A stretch of DNA of 64,000 nucleotides, taken from an uncultured Planctomycetota bacterium. Lineage in GTDB: Bacteria > Planctomycetota > Planctomycetia > Isosphaerales > Isosphaeraceae. The translations under genes were made by a program, and so were the position numbers. Positions 52,572 to 64,000 of this stretch are shown piece after piece (positions within the stretch are counted from its first letter, which is position 1; each line of letters begins with the position of its first letter). The notes under the pieces are model-generated. The model was not told where the DNA came from. It saw only the letters and a list, made by a program, of their open reading frames with translations, and did no database searches. The stretch is taken from NCBI GenBank assembly GCA_963823665.1, contig CAWGMQ010000004.1, positions 2,016,001-2,080,000 of the forward strand, read 5' to 3'.

Positions 52572-54824
52572 ATGAAGCCGATGAAGAATGGCGGTGGCTG
52601 GGCGGCCATCAAGTACAGCCTTCGGATGGCCAACAAGGTTGGCTGGTCGCGCCTCTGGAAAGCCATGTCGGCCAAGAACGCCTGCAAAACATGCGCTGTC
52701 GGCATGGGCGGTCAATCCGGAGGAATGCGGAACGAAGCCGGGCACTTTCCCGAAGTCTGCAAGAAGTCGTTCCAGGCGATGGTTGCCGACATGCAGGGCG
52801 CCCTCCGTCCGGGTTTTTTCCAAGCGATCAGCCTGGACCAGCTCCGTTCGCTTTCTCCGCGCGAGCTCGAATGGAGCGGCCGATTGACAAGCCCTCTTTA
52901 CGCCGGGCCAATCGATACCCACTATCGCTCGATCACCTGGGATGAAGCCCTGGCACGCCTGGCTGAACGACTGAAGCGCCAGCAGCCTGACGAGAGCTTC
53001 TTCTACGCCAGCGGCCGCTCTTCCAACGAGGCCGGCTTCTTGCTTCAACTTTTCGCGCGTCTGTATGGCACAAATTATGTCAACAACTGCTCGTTCTACT
53101 GCCACCAGGCCAGCGGTGTGGGGCTTACCAAGTCGCTTGGCAGCGGTACTGCCACGGTGACGCTTGAAGATGTGGAGCACGCTGACTTGTTCGTTCTGAT
53201 CGGTGGCAATCCCGCTTCGAATCACCCGCGTTTGCTGCGCACGCTCATGCAGATTCGGCGCAACAGCGGCCAGGTCATCGTCATCAACCCGATCAAGGAA
53301 ATCGGACTGGTGAATTTCCGCGTGCCGTCGGATGTGCGCAGCATGCTTTTCGGCTCATCGATCGCAAGCCTGTACGTTCAACCCCACATCGGCGGCGATA
53401 TTGCCCTTTTGACTGGCGTGGCCAAGTTCTTGCTCGAGCGACAGCAGGTTGATTCGCGGTTCATTGGCCAGTCGACCGAAGGCTTCGACGATTTTCGCCG
53501 TCAAGTCGAATCAGCAGACTGGAGCACGATCGAAAAGGCAAGTGGCGTCGAGCGCACGGCAATCGAGAAGATCGCCAACCAATACGCCGCCGCCAAGAAT
53601 GCAATCTTCGCCTGGACGATGGGCATCACTCATCACGCGCATGGCGTTCCTAACGTGCGCATGATCGTCAACCTCGCCCTGTTGCGCGGAATGGTGGGCA
53701 GGCCGGGAGCCGGGCTCTTGCCGATTCGCGGGCATTCGAACGTGCAGGGGATCGGATCGGTCGGCGTCACGCCCAACCTCAAGCAGGCGATTCTCGATCG
53801 CCTCGAGTCGCTCTTGAAAGTCAAGCTTCCCGCCCAGCCCGGTCTGGACACGATGGCCTGTATGCGCGCTGCCACGGAGGGAAAAGTGAAGTCCGCCGTC
53901 TGCCTGGGTGGCAATCTCTTCGGCTCGAATCCCGATGCCACATTCGCTGCGCGAGCGCTCGGCAAGCTTGAGCTCGTGGTCTACATGAACACGACGCTCA
54001 ATACCGGACACGCCTGGGGACGAGGGCGAGAGACGCTGATCCTGCCCGTGCGAGCCCGTGATGAGGAAGAGGCAACAACGCAGGAATCGATGTTCAATTT
54101 CGTCCGGCTCTCCGACGGCGGCCCGCCACGCCACGAAGGCACGCGCACCGAGGTTTCCATCATTGCCGAGCTGGGCCGGCGCGTGCTCGGTGAAAATTCG
54201 CCCGTCGACTGGCAGGCGATGAACGAAAACATGAACGTCCGCCAGCTTATTGCTCAGGCCGTGCCGGGCTTCGAGTCGCTCGCGACCATTGACCAGACCA
54301 AACACGAGTTTCAGATCCCGGGGCGAACGTTTCACACGCACCAATTCCCGACGCCAACGGGCAAGGCCTGCTTCGCTGCCGTCGCGATTCCGGAGCCGCC
54401 GGCCGGCTCGGGCCAGCTTCGCCTCATGACGATTCGTTCCGAGGGGCAATTCAACACAGTCGTCTACGAAGAGGAAGATATCTATCGCGGGCAGGAAAGG
54501 CGCGACGTGATTTTGATGAATGCGGAAGACATACGTCGGCGCGGCCTGGCAACCGACCAGCAAGTTTGCGTCCGGAGCTCCGCCGGCGCAATGCACGGCG
54601 TGCGAGTGCGCCCGTTCGACATCAAGGCCGGTAACGCAGCGATGTATTTCCCGGAGGCAAACACCCTGGTTCCGGGCACGATTGACCCCGACTCGAAGAC
54701 GCCCGCGTTCAAGTCGGTGCCCATCACGCTCGAGCCGGAGCCAGCGTACGCACCAACTGGCCAGAACGGAATTCAGGAAACAGGAGCTGGCGTCGCCGTT
54801 TCGCTTGACGTGGCGCGAACCTGA
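52572..54824 (+). CDS. FdhF/YdeP family molybdopterin oxidoreductase (Fdh4A-like)
   Basis: GGGW, CKTCAVGMG, FYASGRSSNEA, NNCSFYCH, NPASNHPR, IRGHSNVQG, TIRSEGQFNT, SKTPAFK. Confidence 0.9.
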   Translation: MKPMKNGGGWAAIKYSLRMANKVGWSRLWKAMSAKNACKTCAVGMGGQSGGMRNEAGHFPEVCKKSFQAMVADMQGALRPGFFQAISLDQLRSLSPRELEWSGRLTSPLYAGPIDTHYRSITWDEALARLAERLKRQQPDESFFYASGRSSNEAGFLLQLFARLYGTNYVNNCSFYCHQASGVGLTKSLGSGTATVTLEDVEHADLFVLIGGNPASNHPRLLRTLMQIRRNSGQVIVINPIKEIGLVNFRVPSDVRSMLFGSSIASLYVQPHIGGDIALLTGVAKFLLERQQVDSRFIGQSTEGFDDFRRQVESADWSTIEKASGVERTAIEKIANQYAAAKNAIFAWTMGITHHAHGVPNVRMIVNLALLRGMVGRPGAGLLPIRGHSNVQGIGSVGVTPNLKQAILDRLESLLKVKLPAQPGLDTMACMRAATEGKVKSAVCLGGNLFGSNPDATFAARALGKLELVVYMNTTLNTGHAWGRGRETLILPVRARDEEEATTQESMFNFVRLSDGGPPRHEGTRTEVSIIAELGRRVLGENSPVDWQAMNENMNVRQLIAQAVPGFESLATIDQTKHEFQIPGRTFHTHQFPTPTGKACFAAVAIPEPPAGSGQLRLMTIRSEGQFNTVVYEEEDIYRGQERRDVILMNAEDIRRRGLATDQQVCVRSSAGAMHGVRVRPFDIKAGNAAMYFPEANTLVPGTIDPDSKTPAFKSVPITLEPEPAYAPTGQNGIQETGAGVAVSLDVART

Positions 54825-54829
54825 TAACG

Positions 54830-56068
54830 ATGACAAAGAAGCCCTCACGGACCGCGTCGTGGCCACAAATCGCCGTGCTGCTGGTGGGTCTTACCGTTTT
54901 AGTCTTTGCGGCAGCCTGGCTCGTATTCGTCACCGGAAAACCCCTGGCGCCAGAAGCGGCAAAGCGCCCGGCCGGGCCATCGAACAAAATCAGGCTCATC
55001 ACATTTGACCGGCCGTTTCCGCCGGAGGGCCGATTCGTGGCCGACCCCTACGTCGGCTCGCGCGTCTGTGCGGAGTGTCATCCTGGCGAGAGTGCGATGC
55101 ATTCGCGGTCCGGGCACGCGCTGACCCTGCGGCCGGCTGGCCGGCTCGAGATCTCGCGCCGGCTTGACGAAACCAAGCAAGCAGATCCCGAGATCGACGG
55201 GGTCACGTGGAGCTACCAGTACGAAAAGGGTGAGCTGCACATCACGCGCACGGCGGCGAGCGAGATCCAGCAATGGATCGCCGACTACGCCCTTGGCTCA
55301 GGCCACCACGCCCTGACGTATGTGAGCATGATCGACCACCAGATACCGCACGTCCTCGAGCATCGGCTAACGTATTACCACCGGCAGGACGGCAAGAGCG
55401 GTCTGGGCATCACGCCCGGCCACGACACCCGGCCAGCTCCTCCGGGGCTGAAGCCCTACGGTGGCGAGCTTCCTCCACGGATCGCTCGGGAGTGCTTCCG
55501 CTGCCACGCCACGCAGCTCGCCGCCGGCGACGACGATCAGCGGTTCGACGAGAATACGATGATCCCGAACGTCTCCTGCGAACGCTGCCACGGACCGGCC
55601 AAGGCTCACGTCGCCGCCGCGCGACGGCATGCCCCGGCATCCGATCTGATGCTTCCCTTCGGCCCCGATCACTACACGGCCGCGCAGCTCATTACGATGT
55701 GCGGAAGCTGCCACCGCCTGCCGTCGGCCTCACAGGCGGGCCGAATCAACCCCGCGGACCCCAACCTGGTGCGCTTCCAACCAGTCGGTATCGCGCAGTC
55801 GAAGTGCTACCAGAAAAGCGGCGGAGCGTTCAGTTGCGTCACTTGCCACGACCCACATGCACGCGTCTCTCCCGATCGCCCGGCGTATGACAAGACGTGC
55901 CTGTCCTGTCATGGGGGCCCGGGCGTGCCCAAGCCCGAGACTCTACCCAAACCGGCGCCGGAATGCCCGGTCTCCGCTCAATCACGCTGCGTTGAATGCC
56001 ACATGCCGCGGAAGGACGCTGGGCAGGGCATTCTATTCTCGGATCACTGGATTCGGATTCACCATTGA
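54830..56068 (+). CDS. Membrane-anchored multiheme c-type cytochrome (7 CxxCH)
   Basis: N-terminal TM; CAECH, CFRCH, CERCH, CGSCH, CVTCH, CLSCH, CVECH; YVGS and DHWI motifs. Confidence 0.88.
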   Translation: MTKKPSRTASWPQIAVLLVGLTVLVFAAAWLVFVTGKPLAPEAAKRPAGPSNKIRLITFDRPFPPEGRFVADPYVGSRVCAECHPGESAMHSRSGHALTLRPAGRLEISRRLDETKQADPEIDGVTWSYQYEKGELHITRTAASEIQQWIADYALGSGHHALTYVSMIDHQIPHVLEHRLTYYHRQDGKSGLGITPGHDTRPAPPGLKPYGGELPPRIARECFRCHATQLAAGDDDQRFDENTMIPNVSCERCHGPAKAHVAAARRHAPASDLMLPFGPDHYTAAQLITMCGSCHRLPSASQAGRINPADPNLVRFQPVGIAQSKCYQKSGGAFSCVTCHDPHARVSPDRPAYDKTCLSCHGGPGVPKPETLPKPAPECPVSAQSRCVECHMPRKDAGQGILFSDHWIRIHH

Positions 56069-56700
56069 TGTGGCCTGACGCGACGAAAACGCGCTCGATG
56101 CTCGAAGACGCGGCGGCGAATGACCCATCCGCGATTGATAAGCTGCTGGCCTGCCATCGCGAGCCCCTTCGTCGCGTCATCGCCATGCGTCTCGATCGCG
56201 CCCTCAATCGACGCGAAGACGCCAGCGACGTGGTGCAGAGCGTCTTGCTCGAGGCGAGCCGGCGCCTGGCTGATTACCTGCGCGAGCCGGGCATGCCTTT
56301 TCAGGCCTGGCTACGACAAATCGCCCGTGATCGGCTCATTGATGTGCACCGGCGGCACCGCGTGGCCGGGCGACGCAGCATCGACCGCGAGCGATCGATC
56401 ACCGCCAGGGAGTTCCTCGATCGCTCGTCGATGGATCTTGCAAGTGCCCTTCGCGATCAGGCCCTTACACCAGCGGCTGACGCGATGCGCCGCGAGTTGA
56501 TTGATCGCTTTCATTCCGCACTAGAGCAGCTCGGCGAAGACGATCGCGAGATCCTCATCATGCGACACTTCGAGCATTTGACGAACGCGGAATGCGCGGA
56601 GGCTCTGGGATTAAGCGAGCCCGCTGCCGGCATGCGCTATCTTCGCGCTCTGCGAAGGCTGCGTGATCTACTGGCCAGACGACCCGATCAGGAACTGTGA
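56068..56700 (+). CDS. ECF RNA polymerase sigma factor, planctomycete type
   Basis: EDASDVVQ, FQAWLRQIA, HRRH, DREILIMRHFEHL, RYLRALRRL; TGATG overlap with the cytochrome gene. Confidence 0.9.
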   Translation: MWPDATKTRSMLEDAAANDPSAIDKLLACHREPLRRVIAMRLDRALNRREDASDVVQSVLLEASRRLADYLREPGMPFQAWLRQIARDRLIDVHRRHRVAGRRSIDRERSITAREFLDRSSMDLASALRDQALTPAADAMRRELIDRFHSALEQLGEDDREILIMRHFEHLTNAECAEALGLSEPAAGMRYLRALRRLRDLLARRPDQEL

Positions 56701-56702
56701 GA

Positions 56703-58419
56703 ATGAGCCTCGAACCCGGTGAAGAGCCCGTTCTCCCGCGAGACCATGAACTGGCGCGGCTGCTCTCGGAGATGATCGAAAATGCTCCGCAAGCGCGAAT
56801 TCCCGATATTCTAGCAGCCTGCCGGCGAGATCCAGGCGCTCGAGCGTGAGCTGCGCGAGCTGTGGCAGACCGCCCAGCTCGCCAACGAGCTGGCCTGCAT
56901 GGCTGAGACTGGCGAGACGATCGATCATCCGCCCACAACGGCTTTCAAAGGCGAAGCGCCATCGGTGCCCGGTGCCGTGCCGCCTCGCATTGGCGATTGT
57001 GAGCTGCTGCAAGAACTGGGACGCGGCGGCATGGGCGTGGTCTATTGCGCCAGGCATGTTCGTCTGGAGGCGATCGTCGCGCTCAAGATTCTCCGAAATG
57101 CCTCAGCGGCTTCGGCGGTGGATCTGGCCCGTTTCCGGGCCGAGGCGACCTCAGCGGCCCGGCTCGCACATCCAAACATCGTGCCGGTGTACGACGTCGG
57201 AGTTCACGAGGGTCAACCGTACTTCATCATGAGGATCATCAACGGCCAGTCGTTGGCACGGCGTCTCGCCGATGGTCCCATTCCCGCTCGCGAAGCAGCG
57301 AGTTTGCTCGCGCCGATTGCGCGCGCGATGGACTACGCACACCGCCACGGCGTGCTCCACCGTGATCTCAAACCGTCGAATATCCTTCTCGACGAGGATG
57401 GAATTCCCCACGTGGCCGACTTCGGACTGGCCAAACGGCTCGACGTGGATCTCGACCTGACTTCCTCTGGGGCGATCGTCGGAACGCCCGGATACATGGC
57501 TCCCGAACAAGTGGGTATAGGCCGTGGCCGCATTGGACCCGCCAGCGACGTCTACAGTCTGGGAGCGATCCTCTACCAGATGCTCACCGGCCGCCCGCCG
57601 TTTCAGGCAGCCACGGCGATTGATACGGTGTTCCTCGTCCTGGAGCAGGATCCGTTGCCACCGCGGCTGCTCAATCCGCGAGTCGACCGCGACCTGGAGA
57701 TGATCTCGCTCAAGTGTTTGCAAAAGCCTGCCGATCTGCGCTATTCGACCGCGGCCGGCCTGGCTTCAGATCTCGAGGCTTACCTGGCCGGCGAGCCGAC
57801 CTCGGCCCGATCGGGGCGGTTCACCACCATTGTCAGCCGTGCCCTTCGTGAAACGCACCACGCGGCGGTGCTCGAGAACTGGGGGCTTCTCTGGATCTGG
57901 CACAGCGTCGTGGTGCTGTTGCTCTGCCTTCTGACAAATTATCTGCAAGAGCGCGGCGTCAAGTCGCCGGGGCCGTACCTGCTGATCTGGACCGTCGGTT
58001 TCAGCACATGGGCAGCCATCTTCTGGCGGCTCCGCCATCGCGGCGGACCCGTGACGTTCGTCGAGCGTCAGATCGCCCACGTCTGGGGCGCAAGCATGAT
58101 CGGCTGCTCGTTGCTGTTCCTGATCGAAATCATGCTTGGTCTGCCGGTACTCTCACTTTCGCCGGTGCTGGCGGTCTTCGGTGGGATGGTGTTCCTGATC
58201 AAGGCCGGGATTCTCTCCGGGATGTTCTACATACCGGCTGCTGGGATGTTCCTGACCGCGGGTTTGATGGCGGCGTGGCCGCGATTTGCGATCACGATGT
58301 TCGGAGTGAGCTCGGGGCTGGGTTTCTTCGTGCCGGGGTTGATGTATCAATTGCGGCGAGTGCGTTCTTTGCGGGTGTTTGGGGCTAGCCGGGTCAGCAC
58401 ATCCGAGCGCGACGCGTAG
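56703..58419 (+). CDS. Ser/Thr protein kinase with multi-TM C-terminus (frameshift near 56835)
   Basis: LGRGGMGVVY, VALK, HRDLKPSN, DFG, GTPGYMAPE; 5-6 C-terminal hydrophobic helices; N-terminal segment starts at ATG 56703. Confidence 0.9.
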
Positions 58420-58561
58420 AGCTGATGCGCTGGTTTATCGTAGGTCGTGCGCTACTCGCCGTATAGCCTGCCACGCTTGGTCGAGGACACAGTCCCCAAT
58501 CGCCCCGCCAGCGTGGTTGAATCTCGGCAACCATCAAAGCAGTGCCTGAACGGCAGACCAA

Positions 58562-58638
58562 GCGCGTGTGGCTGATGCTGAGGACTTAGAATCCTCTGGG
58601 CAGGAACGCCCGTGTCGGTTCGATTCCCGCCGCCCGTA
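58562..58638 (+). pseudogene. Degenerate tRNA-Leu(TAG)-like sequence
   Basis: Intact GAGGA-CTTAGAA-TCCTC arm, variable arm, GGTTCGATTCC; D-loop deleted; C-C mismatches in acceptor and T stems. Confidence 0.75.
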
Positions 58639-59214
58639 TTGGACTTGCGACAAATAGTGGACGGGAACTTGTTGAATGGACTTGGTCCCACGCCCCGCGT
58701 CGCATTGGGGTGGTATCGACCATTTTACGACTGAAGGGCGAGTCCTCTGGCAACCGACGTGAGCGAGAATCTAGTCCCACCATAACCCAAATTCCCGTGA
58801 AATTTCCCGACCGGGCAGCGTCCACGCGGGCGCGTTAAGCAAGACCAGCTCGAGCGCTACCTGGACACAGGCTTCGGTGTCATGTCGTGGACGCAGTAAC
58901 GAGGTGCGCCCCTGGGTGGAGCGGCAGCGGCCCGGGAACCGGCAGGCCCAGCGCTGCGAGACGCGGTCGTGCTCGGCCGTGTTGACCCCATCGCGGGAGC
59001 AAGCGACAATGCAAGGGATTCGCCTCGGGTGGCCGGGGCCGGAGTCGCCCGAGTCGCCCCGGAGCCCGGGCGGGGCGGCCGTGGCCGGCGTGACGCTGGG
59101 AGAGGAGCGGCGACCGGCCAGCGCGGACCGGACGCGGTGCCCGTGTCCCGGCCGAGGTCCACGACGGCCCGCCCGGCGCGGCGCTCCAACCCCCATGGGG
59201 TGAGGCCCCGACGA

Positions 59215-63646
<4,432 letters not shown>

Positions 63647-63691
63647 CGATGCCACAACGCGATCTGGTGACGCTGAACGTCGATTGAGGCT

Positions 63692-64000
63692 TCACGGATC
63701 GGCCGGCTCCCGACGGAGGACCACCAGGCTGCCGGCCCGATCAACCCGGCGATAGCCGCCCGACTCGACCAGTTCGTTGACGAATGTCGGCACGCCGGGG
63801 AAGTAGTCGGCCGCGTCGTGGAAGGCCACGTAGCCGCCGTCGACGACCCAGGGCTCGAAATGGAAGAAGTCGCGCGCGACGTTGACGTAGTCGTGGAGGC
63901 CGTCGATCAGGAGCAGGGCGATCGGTCGGCCCCAGGGGACGTCCGGGGCATTCGCCACGATCGGCTCGACGACGTCCGCAAGGCCCGCGGCGGCCATGTT
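63692..64000 (-). CDS. Class I SAM-dependent methyltransferase (Methyltransf_24-like), 5' end outside window
   Basis: LLLIDGLHDY..V..DF, GGYVAFHD. Confidence 0.75.
   Translation of the reverse strand, partial: NMAAAGLADVVEPIVANAPDVPWGRPIALLLIDGLHDYVNVARDFFHFEPWVVDGGYVAFHDAADYFPGVPTFVNELVESGGYRRVDRAGSLVVLRREPADP

Overview
Chromosomal window from a planctomycete, most likely Isosphaeraceae-like. The assignment rests on H4MPT-linked C1 biosynthesis genes, several Uma2 nucleases, an ECF sigma/Ser-Thr kinase pair, a WD40 kinase and a remnant of the planctomycete LExRxLL-type export motif. From left to right: GH130; a translationally coupled methanopterin-biosynthesis operon (SDR, DHPS-like, DUF447, beta-RFAP synthase); SGNH, Gly/Tyr-rich PDZ, HAL2 and LMF genes; iorAB and an O-methyltransferase; a prkA-yhbH-spoVR operon interrupted by a nucleotidyltransferase and two Uma2 genes; an IS1182-like element; SEC-C/TPR, S1/P1 nuclease, P450, a decayed UPF0175/DUF3368 toxin-antitoxin pair, pepA, YiiX and BON genes; tRNA-Leu(TAA) and tRNA-Ser(TGA) beside gene debris and two REPs; valS; blaI/M56; two hsp20 genes behind a sigma-54 promoter; cobA-hemD, tatC and a GH106-like gene; a YdeP, 7-heme cytochrome, ECF, kinase cluster; then a degenerate tRNA-Leu(TAG) at an abrupt rise in GC before a WD40 kinase. 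About 12 small frameshifts split otherwise intact genes. They are probably long-read consensus errors, and 9 of them sit at or next to GCGC. The best candidate for new biology is an atypical Tyr-less, FolM-like SDR heading the methanopterin operon, a possible new dihydromethanopterin reductase. All family calls come from motif recognition by eye; no database searches were run.
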